Shown: positions 27,561 to 39,395 of the stretch, one piece after another
Position numbering within the stretch: position 1 is the first letter of the stretch
Layout: the number at the start of each line of letters is the position of its first letter
From: Basidiobolus meristosporus CBS 931.73
Lineage: Eukaryota; Fungi; Basidiobolomycota
DNA length: 64,000 bases
Assembly (NCBI GenBank): GCA_002104905.1
Contig: MCFE01000380.1
Span: 20,219-84,218, forward strand
Direction of reading: 5' to 3'
Program-made: the position numbers and the translations under genes
Notes under the pieces: model-generated
The model's database searches: none
Told to the model about the DNA's origin: nothing
Seen by the model: only the letters and a program-made list of their open reading frames with translations

Positions 27561-28934
27561 ATGGCTACTCACTCGACTATAAATTCGGCCAACCCGTCTG
27601 AATTGGGTTGTCATTTGTCCCGCACCGTCGTTTCAGTTCATGCTTCCCACAACATAATGGATACATTTTGGATAGTCTTGTCTGCTTTTTGCGTATGGCT
27701 TATTGTCACACTAATCTCTTTATACTATTTTATTCACTACCGTCATGAGCCAACAATCAAGCACCGCGGAGTCAGTCTCACCTGCTTGTTTGCTCTGTTC
27801 AATACTGTGTTGATCGGGTATCTGCTATACAAGTTGGCAAAGCCGATCACCTCTTGCGTTGCTAGATTGTGGACTCCTTCCGTGATCTTCCCGATTTTGG
27901 TGCTCACTATACTTGGTAAACTTATTCGGCTGATATTTCTCGGCAAGTATCATAGGTCTATTTACATGGACGCCAAGATGGAGGTGTCTGTAGACGAGGA
28001 TGATCCTAGCATGAAGTTGACTGATGAGTCCTGTGTTGGGGTCCAGGAAAATATGCATTCCAGGGAGGCCTGGTACTACAAATACCGCCACTTGTTCAGT
28101 ACGCCATACATCCTTGAAACGTTAGCATGGTTTCTGCTGCTGCATTTGGGGATTACGACCATCGTGAGCACTATATCTCCCATGACACCGGCAGCCATCC
28201 CCGGTGAGGAGTGTCCTCTTGGCTGGGAATTCTACCCATTCATGGGTTCTCTGGCAATCTACTTGTTTCTGGGTGTACCGGTGTTGCTATATTGGTTCTG
28301 GGGGATTGATGATGTCTATGGGATCCGCAAAGAGTTGCTTGCCGTGGCCATCACCTCCATGATAGGGTTCTTTCTGTACCTTATCTTCATGTTTCTTCCC
28401 TCGTTGCGCACGGTGGAAAAGACGTTTGCGGCCTATGTGTGGGGAGCGATTACGTTGGTCTTGATCCACACATTTTTCGTTATTTACCCGATCTATGAGC
28501 TACGTAAATCTCGGCAGGTTCGAGCCAATGCAAAGAACACCCAAGTATTCGATAAGGTTCTATCGGATCCCGTCCTCTTCGAGGATTTCAAAGCTTTCAC
28601 CATCAAGGACTTCAGTGTGGAGAATCCGTTGTTTTACGAGCGCTGTAGGAAACTCCGAGAGAGCGTAACCCATATCCCTCGGTTCTCTGCGAAAGTCTCG
28701 CTGAGCAACAAGCAACGGATCGAGCTTCGCTCCATGTACGATACATTCATCAACCCCAAGTCGGAATTTCAGGTGAACCTCTCCTCGGCCACGATCGAGG
28801 AATTAACCAAGCGGTTCGATTCTGGGGAGTTGGCACTGAACATGTTTTCCCGTGCCGAGTGGGAAATCCATCTCTTAATGTATCAAAACACCTTCCCCCG
28901 ATACCTCAAGTATACTTCATTAACCCGAGTCTGA
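27561..28934 (+). CDS. 7-transmembrane protein with C-terminal RGS domain (GprK/AtRGS1-type), intronless
   Basis: About seven hydrophobic helices, then an RGS box VLSDPVLFEDFKAFTIKDFSVENPLFY...YDTFINPKSEFQVNLS...MYQNTFPRY. The true start may be the ATG near 27657. Confidence 0.85.
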   Translation: MATHSTINSANPSELGCHLSRTVVSVHASHNIMDTFWIVLSAFCVWLIVTLISLYYFIHYRHEPTIKHRGVSLTCLFALFNTVLIGYLLYKLAKPITSCVARLWTPSVIFPILVLTILGKLIRLIFLGKYHRSIYMDAKMEVSVDEDDPSMKLTDESCVGVQENMHSREAWYYKYRHLFSTPYILETLAWFLLLHLGITTIVSTISPMTPAAIPGEECPLGWEFYPFMGSLAIYLFLGVPVLLYWFWGIDDVYGIRKELLAVAITSMIGFFLYLIFMFLPSLRTVEKTFAAYVWGAITLVLIHTFFVIYPIYELRKSRQVRANAKNTQVFDKVLSDPVLFEDFKAFTIKDFSVENPLFYERCRKLRESVTHIPRFSAKVSLSNKQRIELRSMYDTFINPKSEFQVNLSSATIEELTKRFDSGELALNMFSRAEWEIHLLMYQNTFPRYLKYTSLTRV

Positions 28935-29624
28935 GAATGAAAGAAGTGTTTCCCCTCATATCTGTACCGCTACCATGTAAATGTAATCCAACCCCGCTTC
29001 TACCTTAAATTGTAAAAATAAACCTGTTGATTCAAGTGGCCAATTCGATAGATATTAGGAGGTTGCCTAAATTGGCCTGTCATGGCTCTCTTACAATCGA
29101 CTCTCGGCTTGGACGAGCTTCGTACTAATTGATACGAGTTGGCTTATGAGCCCCTAACCGTTCAGTCGGGGAAACCAGCGGATGTGTGCTGGCTTTGATG
29201 TTTAGGGAGATTTTCATTTAGGGAAAGGTGAGTATTTACAAACATCAATTAAACATGTTTCAGGACCAACGAGGGATACCAATGTAATGAGTCAAAATTT
29301 TGGATCAATAAGTAATCTTAGCCTTCACGGTCTCAATATCAAATTAAGGGGAGAAGGGTTAATTGAAGGGATTGATTTCTGCTCAGACAAGCGTTAAATT
29401 GTATATTCCTCGGCGCGGTGGTTAGAGTACAAATACTGCCTTCTGAACCTCTGGTTATCTTTCAGCTCCAATTCGCACACCTCTACTTTGGTAAGGATCT
29501 CAAGTTGAGCGTATGGTAGTAGCGTTGGTACCGTTATCTTTTTATTTGGTACCTAAATAGTGTATCATCAGTGTCACAATAACAGGCTATGGTGAATAAA
29601 GATCGCACCCTAAACAGCCCCTAA

Positions 29625-29915
29625 TTATACCACTCATTGGGATGGGTATTTTTCTATTTATACCGCTCATTGGGGTGGGCATTTTTCTCCAACAATACCA
29701 ATGTCACATGTTGAGCTGTGTATATTTCTCAAGTTGAGATTCAATGATGGTGTATGGGTTGGGATATAGCCTACGACGAGTGACGATGAGGTATACAATC
29801 GGCAATGCTATAGTGTGCATTATGAATCGAGATATAGTCTACGATGAGCAACAATATGGTATACAATGAGCAGTACTACGGTGTATATTTCATGCGTTGA
29901 GATATAGTATATGAC
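29625..29915. repeat. short degenerate tandem repeats (about 33-bp x2 and about 68-70-bp x2.5)
   Basis: TATACC[A/G]CTCATTGGG[A/G]TGGG[T/C]ATTTTTCT occurs twice. GATATAG anchors recur at 29763, 29831 and 29901 with similar intervening sequence. Confidence 0.6.
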
Positions 29916-30129
29916 AGGTATAACGAGTGTAATTGCGGCATACGGCGGGTAATGATATGGTGGGAAATCAAGACGCGGAGTATCATGAGTTGAGCCATTT
30001 TCTTATTTATTCATATCAATGCCGAGTACCAAAGGAATTTTCAATATATACAAAAATGATACAAAAGGTGGTTGGACGGGCATATAGACTGCCACTACCA
30101 GGTAAATAGGAATTAAAATTTGTTAGGAT

Positions 30130-31137
30130 CTAAGAGGCGAACTGTTGGGAAGCGATCCTACACTTCTCCTCAACCCGGTAATGCCGGCTGAGGGCATCCG
30201 ATCTCGGGAAACCTTTCAGACACGAGGAGCACTCGTATGGCCGGCTGCCAGTGTGTAGACGAGTATGACGCTGAAGATCATGCTTTCTGGCGAAGGAGCG
30301 CGGGCAAAATTCACACGAGAATGGGCGGAGATCAGAGTGGCTCCGCAAATGCGAAGTCAGGTTGTACTGACGGCTGAAGGTTTTTTGACATCCGGGGAAG
30401 GTGCACCGGAAGATGTGGCCTTTCTCTGAGCTTCTGCTGCTTCCTTTGATCCCTGTGGAGCAGTCCTCAACGGCCTGTGGTGCACAAGCTTTTGCTGGCT
30501 GGGGAAGTGTTGATGCGGCCGTAAGCTTGGGCCCTTTGCTGGATGGTTCGTAAACAATGAACTTCAGTTGGTCAGACACCTGGCTGGGAGAGACGATCTC
30601 CACTTGGTCAGAGTGATCACCTAAGATGGCTTCATTGAGCTCCAATGAGTTCAGCAGCAATGTAGCCCAGTCGTCATCGAGCGAAGTGCCACAGGAAGAG
30701 GCAGTGGATACGCTGGAGCTCCTGGAGCGGAGGATGAGTGGAGGCGAGGCGGCATTTATTAATTGAGTGATATCATAATCCAAAAATAGCTCCATCTCGT
30801 TTGGTGGGGTAAGAGGGGATGGAATCAATGATCCGCACTCTGACGGCTCCTCATTTGACATGAGATTCATGTTCAGATCGAGCTCTGATTCGAATAAGTT
30901 CGCCATGGCACCCTTGTCCTGTGCAAGGGAGTCATTGAGCAACGAAGTATCGAAATCAAATGTCATCTCAGTAGGTGTAGGCAGCCCGGTCTCTAGCATG
31001 TCAGTGAGGTGCTCCATGTTACTGGGCGAGAAATCCTCCAAAAGAGAACAGGGATTTACATCGGAAAGAAGGTCCGAAAAGTAGTTCGAATCAAACAGTT
31101 GGGTGTTCATGGTGCTGTCAATATGGTTGACCGACAT
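30130..31137 (-). CDS. C2H2 zinc-finger transcription factor (Crz1-like finger array), intronless
   Basis: Acidic/Ser-rich activation region, then three fingers: CTFPGCQKTFSRQYNLTSHLRSH, CEFCPRSFARKHDLQRH and CSSCLKGFPRSDALSRH. Confidence 0.88.
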   Translation of the reverse strand: MSVNHIDSTMNTQLFDSNYFSDLLSDVNPCSLLEDFSPSNMEHLTDMLETGLPTPTEMTFDFDTSLLNDSLAQDKGAMANLFESELDLNMNLMSNEEPSECGSLIPSPLTPPNEMELFLDYDITQLINAASPPLILRSRSSSVSTASSCGTSLDDDWATLLLNSLELNEAILGDHSDQVEIVSPSQVSDQLKFIVYEPSSKGPKLTAASTLPQPAKACAPQAVEDCSTGIKGSSRSSEKGHIFRCTFPGCQKTFSRQYNLTSHLRSHSDLRPFSCEFCPRSFARKHDLQRHTRLHTGSRPYECSSCLKGFPRSDALSRHYRVEEKCRIASQQFAS

Positions 31138-33067
31138 CTCAATAACTGTAAACGCAATTCTCAAAATGCTGTTGGCTATTGTGGTGGAGGGAGACTTCGT
31201 TTATATAGTTCTGGCGGCATTGGACTTCATGCCTCGGTGCAAACAGGATTCACTTCGCTTATGCTTGGCCCAGAAAACGGTACATTTCCTCGGCTTGTGT
31301 GCATAATGAGTAGATTGCGATGATTCTGGCGGAGTGCTCTCGATCCTCTACATACACCCGGACTATTTAGGAAAATCCCCTAGCAGGTTTTGTGGCGTGA
31401 AGGTATTCTACTTGAGTCAATTGCCGAATTTGGAAAACGCTTAAGGCTTTGGTACAGCTTAAACTACATCCGCTATTTTACAGTTTTCAGATGGGCGAGA
31501 GAAACTAGTTCACGCCACAAGGGCTTGGGTGTTTGATATTAAAAAGGCAGCAATTCTCTAATTTTGGCACAAACCTGTCACTCCCATCTGAATTCATATT
31601 ACCATCAGGGTCTCTGCTTAACTTACCCGGTATCGTGACAATGGCAGAGCTGGAGGTAGACCTTGCCCGGCAAAAATAAACAGATCAACTACCATCCGAA
31701 GATACACCCCTTAAACTCCTTTTGATTCGAATGGTCATTTCGCACTTCTAAAAATACCAAGAAACCTCCTTAATCGTGGCTATACGCATATGTTGGTAAC
31801 CGCACTCCACCAGTTATCTTATCACACACGCTAGGCTTTGCATTTCTATTTAGAGTATTGAATTTCTCTAAAACCACCACCCTCATAGTTACTGAATATG
31901 TACGCACACCTCATTCCTCCTTTCCACAAGCCCAAAGCTTAAACCTCTCGAGCGCTTGGCGATTTCAAACGGACATACATATGATTGGGCGGTCATTCTT
32001 TACTCGCTGCGTTTGAAGTATGAGGCTCTGCAGCACGGTTGCTTGCAGGGGCTGGTTTTGTAATCAATAAAGCATGGCCGTCGATAGTGGCCCCATCTCG
32101 ACATTGAGACTACCTGATTATGATCTTCCGGTTAAAATGACTAAATGAACTGTACAGTCCCATCAACGTTGTCACAGCTTCGATGGTATCAATGCACCAT
32201 GTGAACTGGTGGCTAACCTTTTCTGTAGATCTTGTTTTCCGGGCCGGTGGCTTGTCAGCATTACTATGTTAGGATAAACCATGATACCTGGTGTTCCCTT
32301 TTGTCGGGTCACTCAGCACTCAATGTTATTTGAACATAGAGGGAATCTTTGATTTGTGCCTCACTTGGTGGCTCAGGTGGAATTTCACATTTGGGAAATA
32401 ACCCATACACTGAACTGCATCACCTACCCCAGTCCATATGAAAGTTCTCAAACGGACAATCTAAGCATCCATTGGTCTTACTTGTACAGATGGTCTGTTA
32501 ATAACTGATAAGAGTCTTATGACATGGGGTATTGGCGAACCACCAAGAGCAATGAAAACCCAACCGTGTATGAGGTTGTGGCTGGCCGTTCGAAATCTTA
32601 CGGTTTATATAGTGCAAGATACTATCAAATCATGTCAACGGGCTGACTAGGCATAAGACACCATACAGTGTTCCCTTTTCGCCCATTGTATTCTTAATAA
32701 CCTATTGTTATGTCTCAACCGCCAATATTTCCTAAAACGATTTCAAACTTTAGGTTTCTATCACCATCTGGGATCTTAGTATTTTATGTATAGTAAATCG
32801 AATTCATCAATAGGCTACGAGAATGAAATTCGAAGAATTGATCTGAATCCTGTCGGTTGTGAGGAAAAGGAGATCACCGAAAAACCCGGTCCAGTTTCGG
32901 TGTTAGAATTTCGACGGCTGGTAACATGAAAGAGCCATCCCAGAATAGCTGGTTACAGTATGAATACATGATTCCATTATATGAGAACAGGCTAAACTCT
33001 AGTACCGCAGAAGTCACCACAAAGTACGGGATTACACAATAGAGATGAATACTGGATTGGAGAAATT

Positions 33068-33559
33068 TTAGTTTACTCGAGTATAGTTTGTAGAAGAGTT
33101 GATCGGTAGGCGTTCGTTCACATCTTCCTCGATTGTGCTATTTCTCTTGTACACGAAGAGCATGACGGCGGCGATTATCCCGACAAACAAAAGCCAGAAA
33201 AATGGCTCTACAGCGTCAGGTACCTCTTCTTGTACGCCGGAGAAATAGCACAGCCCATCACGATATTTCTCCCACTTTTCGCATTCCTGTGGACCCTCCA
33301 CTTGTTTCTCAATGTTGTCAGGGATTTTGCAAAAGAAGGTGTACACATCATTTATACGCACAAAAAGGTGTTTGTGCCCGTTACAGTCGGCATCTTCGGG
33401 ATCTCTTGGAAAGCAGAAACCGTTGTTTTGACAAATGTATTCTGGAAGTGGACAGCCTAATTTGAGTGAACAATGGTATCGATTGACGGGCATAATCTTT
33501 TTCTTCAATTGGGAGTACTCTTCGTGGAGAGCCTCGTATTTCGGAGTGTAAGACGACAT
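33068..33559 (-). CDS. hypothetical single-pass membrane protein with a Cys-rich ectodomain
   Basis: ORF with several Cys, one TM helix (FFWLLFVGIIAAVMLFVY) and a short tail. No clear signal peptide, so the start is uncertain. Confidence 0.55.
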   Translation of the reverse strand: MSSYTPKYEALHEEYSQLKKKIMPVNRYHCSLKLGCPLPEYICQNNGFCFPRDPEDADCNGHKHLFVRINDVYTFFCKIPDNIEKQVEGPQECEKWEKYRDGLCYFSGVQEEVPDAVEPFFWLLFVGIIAAVMLFVYKRNSTIEEDVNERLPINSSTNYTRVN

Positions 33560-34119
33560 AAAAGACAAGCTAGGGTTACATTGGACACCATAGATGCGAA
33601 AAAATATATAGCTGCGACACGTCACTACGAGCTTGCCCTTGACTTGGGATTCCAACGGTCACAGCTACACTGTAAAAAAATCGGCCAGTCATCTGACATC
33701 AGCAGCCTTGATGCAAGGGATTAGCTAAGCCAATGTAACACCCAAGGAAACGGTAAATTGACGTTCAAGTTTCCCAAATTAAGAATTGAGACATATTTGC
33801 CATCTGCTTGCCTACCCTACAACAGACTTGAGGGGATGGAGACCACGGTTGAAACCATGGCTAGTATATATGGAATTAAATACAACGGTCGATGTGTGAT
33901 GGCGGCAGTTGGCTAATTTATTGACCAGTGATTGGGCCATTGGAGGTTCTTATGTGGTCACACATATTTATCAACTCTCTACTCGCCGACCACAAATGAT
34001 CAATATCCTTATTGAAATGAAACCTTCCTTAAAGAGCTCCTCAATATATATAGCTCCATGGGGGAGCACGCCAAAGTAGCAAATTTTGACTTCACTCCTC
34101 CCTTCGCCACAAACGCTTG

Positions 34120-35763
34120 ATGAAGTCCCTCCTAACTTATTTGTCGGCCATAGCTGCCACACTGCTAGCAGCTAACGCACAGATCGAGAAGGAAGGTCAG
34201 TGGGACTTGATTGGTCACTCTGGGGTATCGGCGATGCACATGGCACTGACTCATACAAACCATGTAATCATTCTCGACAGAGTCCAGAAAGCCTCAAAAC
34301 TGTATCTACCATCGGGCGATTTCGCCTGGGGGTCTGAATACGACTTGGAAACGAATACCGTCCGCCCGCTTGATTTGAAGAGCAACACCTTCTGTTCGGC
34401 AGGAGGATTTCTCCCTGACGGGGTAAGGCAATCTTGACTCCCATTTGACACGTGGTGGTGGATTTCTCATCGTGAAATACCTCTTTATTAGACATTGATC
34501 AATGTGTCGGGCTCTCAAGGTAGGAGAAAGATTCGCGAAGGATTCAATGGTATCCGCTCCTTCAAGCCTTGTGTGGATAAGTTATGTGACTTCAATCAAG
34601 ATTTCAACGTCACCCTCGACAGTAAAAGATGGTACCCAACGGTTGAAGGCTTGGCTGATGGGAGGTTGGTTATTTTTGGCGGGTCAACCACAACCTGTGG
34701 CCTCAATACGGAAGAAATCAATGTACCAACATTTGAGCTCTATCCCCCCTCTCCGAACGACCCGTTTACAGGCCAAAAAGAGCTGAAACTACTGAAAGAA
34801 ACCCTCCCGAACAACCTCTATCCCGCTGCCCATTTGCTACCAAATGGCAACATGTTCGTCTTCGCAAGTACCAAGTCGGTAATATTAAATACGACCACAT
34901 GGGAGGTTGAAAAAGAGCTGCCAGATATCCCCGGAGGGGTGCGGACCTATCCGTTGACTGGGGGCTCTATCCTGCTGCCTCTTTCACCGGAAAACCAGTA
35001 CCAGGCGGAGGTGTTAATTTGTGGTGGGAGTCGAAGATATTATCGAGCAAGTCCTGGTACGATATCCTGTGGCCGCATAAACCTTGATGCAGAAGAACCA
35101 AAATGGGAAATGGAGGACATGCCTTTCCCCCGCGTGATGCCAGATATCATGGCACTCCCTGACGGTAGACTCATCATCGTTAATGGAGTTGAGATCGGAA
35201 CTGCCGGCTTCAACCGCGCTAAAGAGCCGACATTTGCCCCGGTGATCTACGATCCGTATGCGCCCAAGGGGGATCGGTTCACAACGCTGGGGAAATCCAC
35301 CATTCCTAGAGTCTACCATTCATCAGCGCTGCTTATCCCAGATGGAAGGATCTTTGTTGCAGGTAGCAATCCCAACTCCGATGCAACCTTCGAGCAAGTT
35401 GACTTCCCCACCGAGTATCGTGTCGAGGCCTTCTCACCGCCTTATTTATTCGGGGAAACGCCAAGGCCAGTTATCCAGAAGATTCCTGAAAAAATCCATT
35501 ACGGGGAAAAGTTTGAGGTCAATGTGGAATCCTTCGTGGAAGGCTCGGAATTCAAAGTGGTTTTGATCCACTCCGGATTCGTCACACACAGCACACATAT
35601 GAGCCATCGTCATGTTACTTTGCAACAGGTTCAGGTCGATGGAAATAGCATTACCGTCACCGCCCCGCCCAACCCCAACATCGCACCACCCAAGTATTAC
35701 ATGCTGTTTGTACTAGAGAACAATGTTCCCTCTATAGCTAGATGGGTCCAATTGAGCAACTGA
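34120..35763 (+). CDS. secreted copper radical oxidase (glyoxal oxidase family, CAZy AA5_1), one intron (34423-34491)
   Basis: Signal peptide, SNTFCSAG (Cys), RWYPT, NLYP, RVYHSSA, FVTHSTH and a C-terminal Ig-like domain. Confidence 0.92.
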
Positions 35764-37233
35764 TCCCTCTCATGGTTGCACTTCTCCATCCCATGCGTAA
35801 TCTCGTGAAGATAGATTCATTTTTCCAAGACGATCGTCGCAACCAATATCTAGCACAATCATAGTCCTAATCGTAGTAATCATAGCCATAATCATAATCA
35901 TAATAATACCACCACATTCTGCCCATCAACGTGTTGGAACACGAGCTCACAAGAATTACTCATTTCGACTAACTGAGCACCAAGAGCATTGCTGTGCTAC
36001 ATTGGGTTCGTCTTTTATACATAAACTTTGGGCGAATACGTCATCCAGTCCAAATCTCCACAAACACCATCAATGATATTGATGTCTTGGAATGCTAAAT
36101 TAACAAACAGACACGGATCTGACCCGCTGGATGAACCATACCACGAATGTTCCGGCCCTAAAAGGAAAACTGGATTGGGGAATGTTCATGTTGCGACTGT
36201 AGACGGATTTGGGGGAGAGGTGAAAATGACCATGTTGCGTTGGTGGTAAAGCCGGTATTTGCTGGCAAATGATAATTGGCTTGGCCAATGGATGAAATAA
36301 ACTTTCGACGTGTTGATCTATCACCACAAATTCCATCCTAAAAAATAATAGATGGATTAACCATTGCAGGCCTGGCCAATCAACCGAGGCTGGGACTCAA
36401 CATGCTCAACAGACAAGATGGAAACTGCCGTATTCATAATGGCCGTATTCATTAATGCCTACCTATCCGTGTCCAGCGGTCACATGTCGAGGAATATATT
36501 AAGAGAGGGGTTACACGGATGGTGGATATGGCTTATCTCAACTTTAACATAAGCGGTTGGTAATGCAAGGCCGAGTCTAAGCAAGCCAAGCCAGGATCAT
36601 CCTCGTCGACAGCAATAGCGCTTGCTCGACCTCTATCTCGCTCCCACACTGCACTCGAATCTTACCGAGGCCCGGTACATTCATCGAAAATCCATTCGGG
36701 AGGAATCATCTAATACGGCCGGGGGCCGCGTATGATGAGGTGTGGGTGTGCAACGATACCGACCCCAGATGAGATGTTTATCAATATAATCGTAACCAGA
36801 TCGACATATATGAAAGCCAATCGGGTTAGGACGTACTGATATCATCAACCTGTAGAAACCTTCCATGATTATATCTGAAGCTAAAATGCGATGGGCCTGC
36901 CAAAATTGGCCCAATTAGCCGAGGATTGGTGACTGATCTCAGGCTTGATTGCGACAGAAAACATTACTTCGCGGCTCGTTTTATTCAATCTTGCTTTTGC
37001 TTTGTAATGCGAGGTTGGAATGTGCATCGATTATCAGGAGCAGTTTAGTTATTTCAGATATATTACAAGATGGCAATGGACTGGAAAACACCGAGAATTT
37101 GTACATAGAGTAACGGCTAAATGTCTATGAGAGTGGAGTGTAGCCCGGGGAGGGGGGATAGAAGTAATAACGGTTGCACACAGGCACTGTGGGTGGGTGG
37201 GGCGGCAAAAGCTCGATATGGCTTGGCCATCGC

Positions 37234-37851
37234 TCATGGTAAATCCTCTTTGGACCCTGGGCGTCGCATGGCCAGCTTGATTCCTTGCTTCGCGAAGCTT
37301 TTCGAGAGTTCGGTGATGACCGTAACTCCGGGGAAGGATTTCGCTGGATATACTGAAAACGGTGCCGAGTATACCCATGTCCGTACCATGGAATGTGGGA
37401 ACTGGTCGGTCTGGCTAAGATCCGTAAATAGAAACCTCAAGCAGTATTTGCCCTCCGTCCTGATGGATAGATCCGGAAAAATAAAAAAAATCCCTTTTTC
37501 GCCGTTGTGGTCGCTAAGGTTGTATGCCGAAGAAACCAAAGAACCAACTAGATTTCTGGAATACACCCCCTTGTCGCTGGTCACAAAAGCAGAGCTCGCC
37601 CCCTGTCTCGTGTGGGTGCCCGACGTGCTGAGCAGGACGTTGCAATCCTTTTGACAATCAGAGGACCATAAATCTACGTGAACAACGAAGGATGTTGAAT
37701 CGATAGGGATGCTGTTTGGTGACCCGTCCTCCTTTAATGTAATGAGTTTGACGATGGGTGGTGGATCTATAGGTCTTCTATCTCGTTCGCCAAACCCGCA
37801 CATCCTGGCACGCTCGGGCTGCTGAACAACCTCTAGCTTGTATTCTAACAT
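37234..37851 (-). CDS. velvet-domain protein (205 aa, essentially domain only), intronless
   Basis: YKLEVVQQPERARMCGFGERDRRPIDPPPIVKL, RNLVGSLVSSA, FFIFPDLSIRTEGKYCLRF, and SAPFSVYPAKSFPGV. Confidence 0.92.
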   Translation of the reverse strand: MLEYKLEVVQQPERARMCGFGERDRRPIDPPPIVKLITLKEDGSPNSIPIDSTSFVVHVDLWSSDCQKDCNVLLSTSGTHTRQGASSAFVTSDKGVYSRNLVGSLVSSAYNLSDHNGEKGIFFIFPDLSIRTEGKYCLRFLFTDLSQTDQFPHSMVRTWVYSAPFSVYPAKSFPGVTVITELSKSFAKQGIKLAMRRPGSKEDLP

Positions 37852-39395
37852 CTGGTGGTATAAAGGTATATGAACAAGACGTCTATATGAGGTGGGGTGA
37901 GTGTCAAAATTCTGATGCTGAGCTAAGAGAAGATGAACATTATATATCTAGGAGCTACCATGTACTGTCATTCTCTACCGCTACCGAATTTGATCCCATT
38001 CTTGCCTAATCGAGCCCCACCGTTCCAAATTCCTCCGTTCTCTTCGAATCCATATCTAGAGTACCTGCTATTTCAAACGAAAGATTATCCTGCCAAATAT
38101 ATTGTGTACTACAGACATCTAGACACAGAAACTGGATTAGGAAAAGACGAAAGAAATCAAATAACCCACTACATGAAACCACATAAATTCCTCAGAAACA
38201 CAGTGTAGACAGAATACAAATCATATCGCGATTGGGCAGCAACATGGAAATCGTGCACTAGAATGCGCGTTGTTGTGCGATGGTGTGAAATGTAGCTTTC
38301 CCTCTGAAATGATGCAAAACCAATTTAGCTGTCGCATATGAACATTTTTATGCAATACTGGATTGATGGTGCACACTGCTTGTGTGCAGTATTATCGATT
38401 CATTGTCCTGAAATATAGTGCTTCCACCTCCGCTGTGTTGGCGGCTTTCAACTCAGTCCGGAAGTTGTCTTGTCCATAAAGAAAGAGATGAGTAGAGGTG
38501 CTTTTGAAATGAGAGGAAGCTTGCCTCCTGATGCTTCCACCCCCGCAGATTACGAGGGGAGGATACATAATAGATGGTCATTGGCCTGCGAGCCAAACTA
38601 GGTGTAGAGGCTCAACCAAACAACCTGGTTGCTTCTTCTTAAGCACTCATTCTCGTGCTAGTTCAACTATGGAAGCAACAAGGCTCGTCACCTTGGGTGC
38701 TATCATTGCTCAGGGTGGCTATAAAAGGGGTTTTTTTGAAAATAATAAGAATATTTTAGGAAATGGAAATACAACTATTTAGCCATGAATGACTCTAGTA
38801 TGTAGTCAAATCTATGTACACCTAGTTGCGTAAACAAAATGGTGCCATCTCCATAAAAGGAGTTGGATATGGTTTATCGAATCGAGCAAGAGCGAGTGGT
38901 GAAGGATAAACTCTCTTCCATGGCCGATGTCAAGAGGATGTACTTTTTAAGTAGCTTTAAGGTGGTATTGGCTTTTCTTGAATGGTATATCCCCAAGCGG
39001 CCGTAGAAATGAACTAATCTAATCTCCTTAGGCTCCAGTGAATGGCTCGGGAAGGTTAGAGCCGAGAAAAAATTGGAGTGTTCCTTCGACGGGCTCATGG
39101 AGTTCATTTGATTTTGATTACCTAAGTGGCTTAGCCTGTTGTTTGGCGATTCCCTGTGTAGAGCGTTCAGATGCAGGTAAATTGCTTGGCCAATAGGGTT
39201 GAGCAATCTAGGGATGCCGTATTTTACATTGGCTCCCTTTCGTGGGTCTGTCTTTAATCTACGTATTCTTGTGTCTTCGCTCTAACTCACCTAACCTATT
39301 TATAACCCTAATAATACGTTAAAATTTCGCTGTTTTCTTTCTTACCCAGTTTTTTGAATCCTTTCCACGCACCGCGTGACTTCTTCGCAAACGCT

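Noticed and set aside
35868-35910. CATAAT/CATAGT hexamer run
   Set aside because: Ordinary short microsatellite in a 3' flank, not telomere-like.
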